A stretch of DNA of 64,000 nucleotides from the NCBI GenBank assembly GCA_963847445.1, contig CAWJZV010000045.1, positions 160,001 through 224,000 on the forward strand. Reading direction: 5' to 3'. The translations under genes and the position numbers were made by a program. This DNA is from an uncultured delta proteobacterium. GTDB lineage: Bacteria > Desulfobacterota > Binatia > UBA9968. Positions 49,151 through 59,558 of the stretch are shown here, piece after piece. The notes below the pieces were generated by a model. The model was not told where the DNA came from, made no database searches, and saw nothing but the letters and a program-made list of their open reading frames with translations. Every line of letters starts with the position of its first letter. The stretch's first letter is position 1.

Positions 49151-49408
49151 GGTCATGGCCGTGGTCGCCGTGGCGCCATGCCAATGCTTCTCATTCTGCG
49201 GGCACCAGACCACATCGCCCGGTCGTATTGATGGACTCGTTTAATCAATGCAGTCGCTCGTCTCTTTTTGTCCTATAAGGGAATATAACAGTTGCGGCGG
49301 CATGGGAATAGTAGGTAGATTTCGCTTGGATATTTGAGATGTTTTGATAATTGCAGCAAGTGCTTTTGAGCCCAATTGCCGTGGCGCTCAAGGACAAACG
49401 AGGAAAAA

Positions 49409-49873
49409 ATGACCAGCGAGTTTACTCCGTTAGCAGGTGGATGCCGGTGTGGACAGGTACGGTTCCGCATCGCCGCGCCGCCGATAATCACGATGGCTTG
49501 CCATTGCACGGGATGCCAGCGAATGAGTGCCAGCGCATTCTCTCTGAGCGCCGCGATTCCGAGCGCGGCGTTTCTAGTTACTCAAGGCGAGCCGGTTATC
49601 GGCGGCCTGCACGGTCCGACTCGGCACTTTTTCTGTCCCTACTGCATGAGCTGGATGTTTACTCGACCGGACGGCTTTGATGCGATCGTCAATATCCGCG
49701 TCACAATGCTCGACGATCCAAGACCGTTCCCGCCATTCATCGAAACCTACATCAGCGAGAAGCTACCGTGGGCGAGCACGCCTGCAGTTCATAGTTTCGA
49801 GAAATTTCCGCCATTCGACAAGTATGAGAGCCTCGCCAGAGACTATGCCGCGCACGCAAGCGCTCAGGTGTAA
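49409..49873 (+). CDS. GFA (CENP-V) family Zn-binding protein
   Basis: GGCRCG, CHCTGCQR, FCPYC. Confidence 0.9.
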   Translation: MTSEFTPLAGGCRCGQVRFRIAAPPIITMACHCTGCQRMSASAFSLSAAIPSAAFLVTQGEPVIGGLHGPTRHFFCPYCMSWMFTRPDGFDAIVNIRVTMLDDPRPFPPFIETYISEKLPWASTPAVHSFEKFPPFDKYESLARDYAAHASAQV

Positions 49874-50104
49874 GCTGGCCGTCGCTGTGTCAGCTCGTCG
49901 CCGAAAGCACATGAATTAACAGTGTGACGGCGGCGCGGACTGAGACTTGAACCGACGCGCGGCGGTGCACATCTTCGCAGTGACAGGAGCCCTGCTCGCT
50001 GGCTGGATGGCGGTGCGGGATAAAAAACACAAGACTTGAAGCCGACGCCGGCTGTGACCCAACAAAGAGCTAAAAGCGGCCCCGACCTCGTCTCCCGCAC
50101 TTCG

Positions 50105-51394
50105 TCAACGCAGCGGCGCTAGGACTCGGTTCAAGTAATCGGCAACGGCGGCGCTTTGCAGGATGCTCGTGTGGGTTTCGTCGAAGCCACGCTCCGTGCG
50201 AGCTTCCTCTTGCGCCTCTTGACGAAGCTGGCTCGACAACGCGACGATTCCGTCGTTGGGCCCCGAGCCACGAAATCCGAACAGCAGGTGATATCTCATG
50301 GTCTCGGGCAGGCGGCGGCGTTTGGTCTTTCCGGCCGGATCCTCGTAGAAGAGTCCGTCGAGATACTCGCTACCGGGGGCCAGCCCGTACCACGAACGAA
50401 CGACGATCGGGGACATCTCCACGCCTGTGCCGGCCGAGGCCATACCGCCCAGAGGTGACGAGATCGTCACGTAGGCGCGTACGACATCGGCTGCGTTGGT
50501 CTCGTAGTCTTGGAGCAAGAACCCGCGTGTCACGAGCCCGCCCATGCTGTGCGCGACGACCGCCGCCCGGTCGAAGCCGTACTGCACGCGAAGGCGAACG
50601 AAGAGTTGGGTCAGCAGAGCAGCTACAGTCTCCAAGCGGGCTCCGGAAGGATAGTAGAAGACCCAAGGCTGGAAGCGCGTGTGATCCAGCCTGTCGATCA
50701 ACGGCGCGAAGTCTAGCGGTGTCCCAGCGATTCCGTGGACGAAGAGCACCGGGATTTTTTTCGCATCGTAGGCCTGAAGGAAGTAGATGCCGGGTCGGGT
50801 ATCGAGCAGGAAATCGTAGAACTGCCACATACCCTTGGTGGCAACCTCGCGGCGGAAGCGGGGATCGGCGAGGGTCGTCACCTGACCGGCCACACTGAGG
50901 GCAAACACACTGACTTGGTGCTGGTCCGCGGTATCGCGGGCCTGGAGGTCGCTTAGGGTAAACTTGTCGCGTGTGAAGCGCCCCTGCAACGGAATACGCA
51001 GCTCGACACCTTCCAGCTTCTGACCGGTAGCGAGCGCAAAGGGCTGGTTCGGGTCGGGACGAAGGGCCGGTTCTTCGTCGTAGCGACCGTCACCGTCGAT
51101 GTCCTCGAACGCCGCGAGCCAGTACGTCCCGGGCTCTACGGCAAAGATCCAAGGGCCTGGCTTCTCCGTCACGAAGTGGTCGAGGAGGAGCGGACCCGAC
51201 TTACCCTGGGCCAGGATCCCAACGATGAGAGGACCCCGCGATTCATGATCGGTCGTCACTGTCCCACTGATGACGGCGTTCTGGTCCGCGCGCCGTTGCT
51301 GTTCGCGCACGGTTAGAATCGTCGAACAGCCGCTGCAAGCGATCGCGGTTCCGGCAAGCGCCAGTGCCAGCACGCCATGACACAAGCTGTTCAC
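50105..51394 (-). CDS. Alpha/beta hydrolase lipoprotein (PGAP1/lipase-like)
   Basis: Lipobox-like SGC, VLFVHGIAG, AHSMGG nucleophile elbow, NDGIV, THTSIL. Confidence 0.85.
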   Translation of the reverse strand: MNSLCHGVLALALAGTAIACSGCSTILTVREQQRRADQNAVISGTVTTDHESRGPLIVGILAQGKSGPLLLDHFVTEKPGPWIFAVEPGTYWLAAFEDIDGDGRYDEEPALRPDPNQPFALATGQKLEGVELRIPLQGRFTRDKFTLSDLQARDTADQHQVSVFALSVAGQVTTLADPRFRREVATKGMWQFYDFLLDTRPGIYFLQAYDAKKIPVLFVHGIAGTPLDFAPLIDRLDHTRFQPWVFYYPSGARLETVAALLTQLFVRLRVQYGFDRAAVVAHSMGGLVTRGFLLQDYETNAADVVRAYVTISSPLGGMASAGTGVEMSPIVVRSWYGLAPGSEYLDGLFYEDPAGKTKRRRLPETMRYHLLFGFRGSGPNDGIVALSSQLRQEAQEEARTERGFDETHTSILQSAAVADYLNRVLAPLR

Positions 51395-51649
51395 GAAAGA
51401 TCCATTAAAAATTTAAACACCTTTTTCCTGAAGCGAGCTATAGCGCTGATCCGGTGAGCAGTCAATTTACAGTGGTTGCTAGCCGGGCACGGGGCGGAAA
51501 CGACGGGTAGAGCTAAGCTTTACCTAAAGCATGCCGCGCCTGTTCTCTACTCTACCGGATACAGTTCACGAGACGAGCCGCGTCACGGATCTTGGGATAC
51601 ACGCGTCGACGAAATCCCGGATCAGTCGCGATAATTAATTCGCGCCATA

Positions 51650-51860
51650 CGGAAATTTGCGCGGCTTGCGCAGGTTTTCCGGTAACGGGAACACTAGAAC
51701 ATAGGATTGACTCTCGCCAAGGCGCAAAGCTCGCCAAGTTCTGAGGGAAGAGATGAATTATTTTGAAGAATTTTTTCACCGTTATTTTCCGACCTTTGCG
51801 GCCTTCGCGTCTTTGCGAGAGATATTCCGAGTTTCGGTTGCGGCTGTGCCGCGTTAGGCT
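51650..51860. repeat. Intergenic MITE/REP-like element with a 28-bp imperfect inverted repeat
   Basis: CTCTCGCCAAGGCGCAAAGCTCGCCAAG (51711-51738) vs CTTTGCGGCCTTCGCGTCTTTGCGAGAG (51794-51821), AT-rich loop, terminal GCGGC-TGT-GCCGC hairpin. Confidence 0.55.
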
Positions 51861-52222
51861 GCGGTGTGGCTGGTCTGTGCTTCGGCTTCCATTCCTAAAT
51901 CTCGACCGTGAGCGATGCAGACGGTCGCTTATCCCCAAACCTCACGCGCAGTCCTGACGACGAGTTCGAGCTTTTGCGTCTGTTCTTCAGACAGGTAAAC
52001 TCATCAGCGGATAACCAGCGCTTTCGGACGAGTTTGCCAGTTGCCCCGAGGTTTTACGGGCGCGCTTTGCGGACCGACCCTTGGGCATTGGTAGACCGAC
52101 AAACATCCGCAATGGCAAAATCGGATCGGCCAGAGCGGAAAAGATTCCCGCAGCCTATTTCGTCTCAAGCTTCGAGTAATTGACGCTCGCATATCGAATC
52201 ATATACTTTCTTCCTGTCCGAG

Positions 52223-52509
52223 GTGTTGCAGGGGGTCAAGGGTTTCGAGTGGGATGAAGGAAACGCCACCAAAAACGAAGCAAAGCATGGTGTGACGGAA
52301 CGTGAGTCTGAGGAAATCTTTTTTAACAAACCGCTAGTTGTTACCCGGAGTTCAAAGGGGGGAAAGAAGATTCGGTACGTTGCGCTGGGGAAGACCTACG
52401 GCAGTCGGCTGTTGACCGTGGTGTTAACCTTCGCGCGCACCGGATACGCGTGATCAGCGCGCGCCCGATGAGCAGAAAAGAGAGGCAAGTGTATGAAAAA
52501 GAAAATTAA
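52223..52509 (+). CDS. brnT: BrnT-family toxin (frameshift near 52435)
   Basis: FEWDEGNATKNEAKHGV...EEIFFN...RYVALG; corrected end IRVISARPMSRKER; promoter TTGACG-16 nt-TATACT at 52180-52207. Confidence 0.85.
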
Positions 52510-52780
52510 GCCGGTGCCGAAGTTCAGAAACGAGCAGGACGAGCGGGAATTTTGGCGCACCCATGACACCACGGACTACTTCGATTTTTCCAAGTCGAGC
52601 CGGGTCGAAATTGAATTTGATCGTGGCATCGAAGCTCCGGTGAAATCTATTTCGCTTCGACTGCCTCGCGAGATGCTCAATCAACTCAAGGTCCTGGCCA
52701 ATAAAAAGGATATTCCTTATCAGTCGCTCATTAAAGTTTACTTGGCGGAAAAGATCGCCGAAGAACGGAAAGCGAGTTAG
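52493..52780 (+). CDS. brnA: BrnA/CopG-family antitoxin
   Basis: PKFRNEQDEREFWRTHD...ISLRLP...IPYQSLIK; overlaps the toxin 3' end. Confidence 0.88.
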   Translation: MKKKIKPVPKFRNEQDEREFWRTHDTTDYFDFSKSSRVEIEFDRGIEAPVKSISLRLPREMLNQLKVLANKKDIPYQSLIKVYLAEKIAEERKAS

Positions 52781-53045
52781 ATCCTATGGCTTGTAACGCA
52801 AGGAAGACCGAGCAGTCAGGGCCGAGGCAAGGGCGCGGCGCATTCTATGGCCGTAAGGGTGGGGCGATTTTCGGCCATCGGGCGTCGCAGGACGAACGAG
52901 ACCATTTCTAAAGTCATTGCGGATTTTTCGTTCAGGCTGAGCGTCTCCAAGCCCGGAGTTGGGTTATTCAACAGCCGGTAATGCCCTGAACCCATCGGCA
53001 CCGTTGGCTCTGCTGCGAGTGCACGCACAGCGCGGATGTTGCAGC

Positions 53046-54270
53046 ATGAATAGCCCACGACACTATCTGACCGCGATCCGCGCACTGGGTAAGGAACGCA
53101 TCTGGCTCCTCGGCGTTCTCACCGCCGGCCATTTTGTCATTCACTGGTTCCAGCAGTTCTATCCGGTGATTTTGCCGGCGATCAAGTCGGGATTGAATCT
53201 GACCAACGTCGAAGTCGGCGCTCTGACTTCGGCCCAACAAGTCGTGGTTGGCCTCGGCCAGTTGCCCTTCGGCATGGTTGCCGATGCCATGGTGCGCCAT
53301 CGCGGCGGCGATTCTCGCCTTGTCGCTGGTCTCCATGGGCGCGGCCTATTTTCTTCTGGCGATGCCGGCGTTTATCTGGGCCTTGCTCGGCTCGGCGCTG
53401 ATCGGCTTGGGCACGGCAATGTGGCATCCCACCGCCGCGGCATCGTTGTCGAACCGCTTCCCGGAGCAGCGCGCCACCGCGCTGTCGATCAACGGCACCG
53501 GCGCGACTCTCAGCGACACGATAACGCCGCTGTTGGTCGGCGTGTTGTTGGCAAATTTTTCCTGGCAGACGGCGACGCAGGTGCAACTGCTGCCCGGCTT
53601 GCTGTTCGCCTTTGTGCTCTGGCGCGCCCTGGCCGGCGTATTCAGCGACGGCGCCGCCCCGCGCCAGCGGGTTTCGGCGCAATTTCGCGACGTCGCCGCC
53701 GTCATCAAGAATACGGCGTTTTTAGGGTTGGCGGTTGCGACCGGCCTGCTGTCGATGTCGCGGTTGATCATCCTGACTTTTCTGCCGATCTACCTGCAGG
53801 AGGATTTACACTACACGAGCGTCTCGCTGGGAATTTACATCGCCCTGCTGCACGTCATGGGGACGATCTCGCAACCGGTTTTGGGCGTGCTCTCGGACCG
53901 CTTCGGACGCAAGGCGGTGCTGCTGCCATCATGCCTCCTGCTCGGATTATTTTTCGCCCTCCTGGCGGTGGCGCCGCCGGGCATTCCCCTCGGTCTGGTG
54001 ATCGTCGCCATCGGGCTTTTTTTCTACACGCTGTTCAATATTTTCAATGCCGCGGTCATGGACGTCGCCGGCTCCAATGTCCAGGCAGCCACCTACGGGC
54101 TGACCTCGCTGATCACCCAGCTGGTGGTCATTCCGGCGCCGATGATCACCGGCTATTTGATTGGCGGGTTGGGGATCAAATTCGCGTTCGTCTTGGCGGG
54201 GATATTTCTGCTCATCGCCGGCCTGGTGCTCGCGCCGTTGCAGTTGTACCGGGGCACGCAGAATTCATAA
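53046..54270 (+). CDS. MFS transporter (FSR-like; frameshift near 53303)
   Basis: GHFVIHW, WHP, GVLSDRFGRK, 12-TM hydrophobic pattern. Confidence 0.85.
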
Positions 54271-54289
54271 CGGTGAATTTGGCCTGAGC
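54217..54289 (+). repeat. Direct repeat copy 1 (3' end of the MFS gene)
   Basis: GCCGGCCTGGTGCTCG...TTGCAGTTGTACCGG...CACGCAGAATTCATAACGGTGAATT...CTGAGC; second copy at 61398-61469. Confidence 0.8.
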
Positions 54290-54589
54290 GCTAGCGCTTT
54301 TAAATGGAGCCAACGCGACCGCTCTCTCGTTACCCGTCAGGCCTTGTGCCGGGCTCGGTGGGTGATTCCGAATAATTGGTCCAAAGCGAAACAACAGCTC
54401 TCAGGTTGACCTCGTGGTAAGACCGACGAAAATCCGCAATGTCAAAATAGAAGATTTGCCCCCGGTTTCCTGATAAGCAGCAAGGCTCGACATTCAGGGC
54501 AGGCCCTGTGCGAGTAGCGGAGAGAGAGCGCGTGCCAACTATTGCCGCCGCCGATCACTAAACGTCGACGGGTGTGCGAGAATTTACCA

Positions 54590-56521
54590 TTATCCGAGCA
54601 GGATACCTTCCGGCCAATACATGTTGAGCAGCCAGCTCATGACCAAGGTCACACCGACCAAAACACCGGTATAGATAGCGGCAGTAAACCAGCCGGTGCG
54701 GACCAACCCGTAAAGAAAACCGAAGGTGAAAAGCGCGGTGGCGATGCCGAAGCCGAAAAGCAGGATCAGCAAGAGATACACGACAAATGAGAAAAGATAC
54801 CCCAGAGCCAACTTGGTTTTCTTTCCAGTCTCCGCTGCCGGCGCTTGCGCCGTTGCGCGCACTTCGAGAACGATCTGCGCCGCCGCCATGAAAATTGCCG
54901 GAATCGTCGCCGCCATCGGGAAAATCGCGCCGAGGTAGGGGAACTCCTGCGCCTCATAAAGCGCTGCCGCGGAGACCGCTAAGACTAAAATCGTAAACAG
55001 CACCGACGGCAGCTTACCCAAGAGCACCGCGTCCTCGCCGGACTCCTCGCCGGCGATGTTGTTGCCGCCAAGTCGATGGCGGACGATCCAGACTATGGAA
55101 GCGAGCAACAGGATACCCATAACGATGACTCCGGGACGCCACAGCCAATCGAAGCCATAGCGTTCAATCGATAGCCACAGATACTGTTCGGTCGGCTTGG
55201 TCAAAACGAAGCCGACGAGGAAAGGCGCGCGTGGCCATCCCAACTGTTTCATGAGCCAGCCGAGCAGTCCCAATCCGAGCATGGCGTAGATATCGCCGAA
55301 CTGCTGGGAGCTCTGGAAGGCGCCGAAAAAAATCGTCACCACGATGGCGGGAGCCAGCTTTGCGAAGGGAAACCAGGTGAGCCGCGCCAGCGCCGGGCTT
55401 AAAAACAGACAGAGTGCGGCGCCGACGGTGTTGGCGATGGCAAAGCTCCAGATGATGGTAAAAATCAGATCGAGATTTTCCTGCACCATGCGCGGCCCGG
55501 GCTGGATGCCGTAGAAATACAATGCGCCGAGCAAGATCGCGGACGGAGCGCCGCCGGGGACGCTGAACAACAGCGTCGGAATGAAATCGCCGGCCTCGAC
55601 GGAATTGTTGGCGCTTTCCGGGCCGATCACACCGCGGATATCGCCCTTGCCGAATTTTTCGCGGTCGCGGGCCATGGCGACCACATGACCATAGGCCATC
55701 CAAGAGCCCGCGGTGGCGCCGATGCCGGGAAGAATGCCCGCCCACACACCGATGAGCGCGCCGCGCACGACGATGCCCCAATTTTGGATTACGTCTTTGA
55801 CCCCCTGGAGCCAACCGCCTCCCAGAGGGATTCGCTCGGCGATTTGGCCGCCCTTGGCCAACAGACCGACGATCTCCGCGATACCAAAGATCCCCAAGGC
55901 CACTCCAGCCAGAGGAATGCCGTCCACCAGATACAGCTGGCCGAAGGTATAGCGATCAACGGCATCGGCGGGAGCCGCGCCAACGCTACCTAACAAGAGC
56001 CCCAAGCATGCCGCCAGTCCGCCTTTGAGCGGCGCGCCGCCGGTGAGAAAGCCCGCGAAGGAGAGACCGAGTACGCAGAGCATCAACAATTCGGGGGAGC
56101 CGAAGAGCAAAACCAGAGGCCGCGCGATGGGCAGGGAGAGAGTCAAAAAAACCGCGCCGATGAGGCCGCCGATCAATGACGACAAGAATGCCGCGCTCAA
56201 GGCCCTGCCGGCCTGGCCCTGCTTGGCCAGCGGATGACCGTCGAGAATGGTCGCCGCGGCCGCGGCGGAACCCGGCGTGCCGATCAGCACCGAGGTGATG
56301 GTATCGGAAGTATGAACCACCGCGAGCGATCCGACCAGCAGGATCATCGCCGTGTGCACGTCGAGCGTATAGATGAACGGCAGCAGGATGGCGACGCAGG
56401 CGATACCGCCCAGGCCCGGCAAGATACCGATGACCGTGCCGGCGAGCACGCCGGCCATCAGCATGCCTAGATGAAGAGGATCGGCGAACCTCTCAAGAGC
56501 GATTAGGGCGGCGTCCCACAT
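54590..56521 (-). CDS. tctA: Tripartite tricarboxylate transporter TctA with fused C-terminal TctB-like domain
   Basis: GILPGLG, GTPGS...LDGHPLAKQG, PESANN; extra ~140-aa 4-TM C-terminus. Confidence 0.88.
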   Translation of the reverse strand: MWDAALIALERFADPLHLGMLMAGVLAGTVIGILPGLGGIACVAILLPFIYTLDVHTAMILLVGSLAVVHTSDTITSVLIGTPGSAAAAATILDGHPLAKQGQAGRALSAAFLSSLIGGLIGAVFLTLSLPIARPLVLLFGSPELLMLCVLGLSFAGFLTGGAPLKGGLAACLGLLLGSVGAAPADAVDRYTFGQLYLVDGIPLAGVALGIFGIAEIVGLLAKGGQIAERIPLGGGWLQGVKDVIQNWGIVVRGALIGVWAGILPGIGATAGSWMAYGHVVAMARDREKFGKGDIRGVIGPESANNSVEAGDFIPTLLFSVPGGAPSAILLGALYFYGIQPGPRMVQENLDLIFTIIWSFAIANTVGAALCLFLSPALARLTWFPFAKLAPAIVVTIFFGAFQSSQQFGDIYAMLGLGLLGWLMKQLGWPRAPFLVGFVLTKPTEQYLWLSIERYGFDWLWRPGVIVMGILLLASIVWIVRHRLGGNNIAGEESGEDAVLLGKLPSVLFTILVLAVSAAALYEAQEFPYLGAIFPMAATIPAIFMAAAQIVLEVRATAQAPAAETGKKTKLALGYLFSFVVYLLLILLFGFGIATALFTFGFLYGLVRTGWFTAAIYTGVLVGVTLVMSWLLNMYWPEGILLG

Positions 56522-56541
56522 GGGCAGGGGGAATTGGGGTC

Positions 56542-56630
56542 ATGGATTACTGGAATGGTGGAGTGCTGGGTGTCACCGACATCATTCCGTTATTGCACCA
56601 CTCCAATACTCCATCACTCCAGTTGCTCCG
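56542..56630. repeat. 8-nt periodic inverted repeat between tctC and tctA
   Basis: TGGATTAC TGGAATGG TGGAGTGC ... CACTCCAA TACTCCAT CACTCCAG. Confidence 0.65.
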
Positions 56631-56646
56631 TTGTCGATGCATCCGC

Positions 56647-57748
56647 TTAGTCGAACTTCACCCGATACTTCTTGCCCACCCATTCCTTGACGAATCGTTG
56701 GGTTTCCGCGTCGATCTGGAAAGCTTGCTGGATGGTTTTTTCCAGGCGATCGCCACGCAGCAGAGGATAGCCTCCTAGTATTTTTTCCGTCTTGGCGTGA
56801 AATTCTTTGTCTTTATCGAGCCGGTCGGCGGCCGCATAGAAGGCCTGCGGCGCCGCCGCTGGGGCATCACCCTTGATCCAAAGAATTTTCTGCACGGCAA
56901 ACGCGGACGGCATGAAGATTTTGTAGGTCTCCCAGAACTTGCCCGAAGGCTTCTTGCCCTTGAGCTTTTCGTACACTTCGGGAACTGTCGGAAGATCAGG
57001 AACGGCCGGGTCCCTGACGATATTGCCGCTATCGTCGAGCTGGCCGAAGCTCATCAGCGGGATCGCTTTGCCTTCCTTGACCAACGGCACCACGCTGGCG
57101 TTGTAGGCTGGCGTGGTCTGATAATCGATATTGAGTTCGCCCCGTTCAAAGGCGATCCGCGCGTCTCCCTTGCCTTTGAAACCAAGCACGCCTCTGGCAT
57201 CCAGCTCCAAGAGCTCGAAACTGATCAGCGGTATCATATCGAGCCCGATGGCGCTGATCCCGCCATAGATCAGATTCTTAGCTTTCGCCAGGTCCTCGAT
57301 CCGTTTGACACCCGTGCCGGGAGCAATGTACACGACGCCGCCAACGGGATTTACCAGCAGCGGCTTCCACTGTTTAAAGTCGTACTTGGCGGCCTTGTCC
57401 CCCAATAGGACTGGAAAATAATTGGTCGCCGAGCTGACCAAAACCATGAGCCCATCGGGCTTCGCTTTATTGGCAAATTCCATCATCCCGGGGATGGATC
57501 TCCCGCCAGCGATGTTGCGAAAGTTGAATTTGGGATTGCCGGCAATATTTTTCTCGAGATACGGCGCTATCGTGCGAATCCAGACATCCGAGCCGCCGGC
57601 AACCCCGTACGGGATGATGACTTCGATAGTCTTCCCTTCATAATAAGCGGCTGCGCCGCATCGCCGGGCCGGCGAACGCCAGCGAAAGCGCAGAGAAAAC
57701 CAGCCATCGACCGATCGATCGTTTGCTGTTGAAAGGGATTTTTTTCAT
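56647..57748 (-). CDS. tctC: Tripartite tricarboxylate transporter substrate-binding protein (Bug/TctC; frameshift in signal region)
   Basis: YYEGKTIEVIIPYGVAGGSD, AKPDGL, AFERGE, PDLPTV. Confidence 0.88.
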
Positions 57749-57999
57749 GACACCCCCCTGGAAAAGGTTTCCTGTCCCTTACTGTCTTGGCCTGCTCCAG
57801 TCAAGAGCCAAAGCTTCACGGTCGCCCGCCGCGAAAGCCCTAGGCTAGACCGCTGCGCTGCTTGCCCCAAGCGTTAATTACGAGATAAGAACCTCCATGC
57901 GCTCGGACAATTTCCGGCGCGGGCATTTCGCCTGGCGCAGTTCAGCGGGACGGCAGCGAGTCCGCCCCATAAACCATGATCAGATAAAGAGAACACGAT

Positions 58000-59413
58000 T
58001 TGGCGAGCGGAAAAACGACATTGCCGACCTTGGCGCGGACGATGGCGGAATTTACCTTTGCGCTTCGCTACGATGCCATCCCAGCGCAAGTTAAAGCGGC
58101 GGCGCGACGGCACCTGGCCGACACCTTCGCCTGCGCTCTCGGCGCGCGCGCGGCGGCGGCTGTGCAAGCGCTGAAGAAACATGCGATCGCCCAGGGCGGT
58201 CGCGCCGATGCGACGATCATCGGCACGGCGGAAAAAGTTCCCGCCGGACTCGCCGCGCTGGTTAACGGCACCATGGTCCGCTATCTCGACGCCAATGACA
58301 TTTTCGTCTTGCGTCGCGGCGGCGCCTCGGGCCACTTCAGCGACGCCACGGCGGCGCTCCTCGCTGTCGCCGAGCGTTATCGGCGCAGCGGCGAGGAATT
58401 GCTCACTTGCATCGTCGCGTCCTACGAGCTGCAAGGCGCCTTGGCCGAATCGCTCAATTTCTGGGAGCGCGGACTTCACCCATTGACCAACGTCGCCTGG
58501 GTCGCGCCCATCGTCGCCGCCCGGTTGCTCGGCGCAACGCCCGGCTGAAGCCGTGCACGCGTGCGGACTCTCCGTCGCAACCGGCACCGTGCTGAATACC
58601 TGGATCAGACCGGCAGAGACCATTCCCATGATCAAGAGCGTTGCGGTCGGCTTGGCTCTGGAGCGCGCGGTGGAGTCGGCCGAGTTGGCCGCGCTCGGCG
58701 TGACCGCCACGGACGATGCGTTGGAGATCGTTCTCGCGCATTTAAAATCGCCTCGCCGTTCCCGTTTCGATCCGCGACCAGTCCAACAACTCGGTCGACG
58801 CTGGACCATGACGCGAAATATGCTGAAGCTCTATCCGGCGCAGATCAACACACAGGCGGCCATCGAGGCGACCCTCCGTCTGCATCAAAACGGCGTCCGC
58901 GCCGAGCAAGTGCGAAAACTCATGCTCCATGGCCATCGCAACGTCTGCGGCGGCGTGCAGGGTTCGCCGCAAGCCTTTGCGCCGTCAAGCCGGGAGGCGG
59001 CGGACCACAGCACGCCCTACGTCATGGCGATGGCGCTCCTGCGCGGCCGGTTGACGCCCTGCGAGTATGAAGCATCACCTTGGGAAACCACCGCGGTGAA
59101 GTCGGTGATGGCAAAAATAGAGTTGGTTATCGATGCCGCAAGAGACAGAGCTTTCGACACCGAGGGTATTCTCGGCGTGCGGCTGGTGGCGCAACTGAAC
59201 GATGGGCGGATCGAAGAAATCATCGTGCATCAACCGAAGGGTCATCCGGACGCGCCGCTGAGCGACGCCGATTTGCTCGAAAAAATGACCTGGCTGCTGC
59301 AAACCCCGGCGACTGCGCTGGCGCCACGGCGATTGCTCGACCTCTGTAATCGCCTCACCACCGTCGAGGATCTCGCGGCACTCGTCGAGAGTTGCGGCGT
59401 CGAGCGGCAATGA
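58000..59413 (+). CDS. MmgE/PrpD family protein (frameshift near 58543)
   Basis: NGTMVRYLDAND, GHFSD, KLYPA, ADHSTPY, PKGHP. Confidence 0.88.
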
Positions 59414-59558
59414 TCTTTCGGCCGCGTTCTACAATCACCATTGACTGGCACTGCGGTGCTGTATTAAACGAAATCACGCGGGATGCCTCACGTAAGCCTT
59501 TTGCGCGTGATGGGATCGAGAGCGTCATCGCTGGATTTTGACCGAATAGGAGGCGAAC

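Noticed and set aside
50050-50105. Integron attC site downstream of the hydrolase gene (minus strand ...TAGCTCTTTGTTGGGT fits GTTRRRY)
   Set aside because: No matching RYYYAAC end near the stop codon, no other cassettes and no integrase
58546-58548. In-frame TGA in the PrpD-like gene as selenocysteine
   Set aside because: The protein continues in a different frame, consistent with a 1-nt insertion
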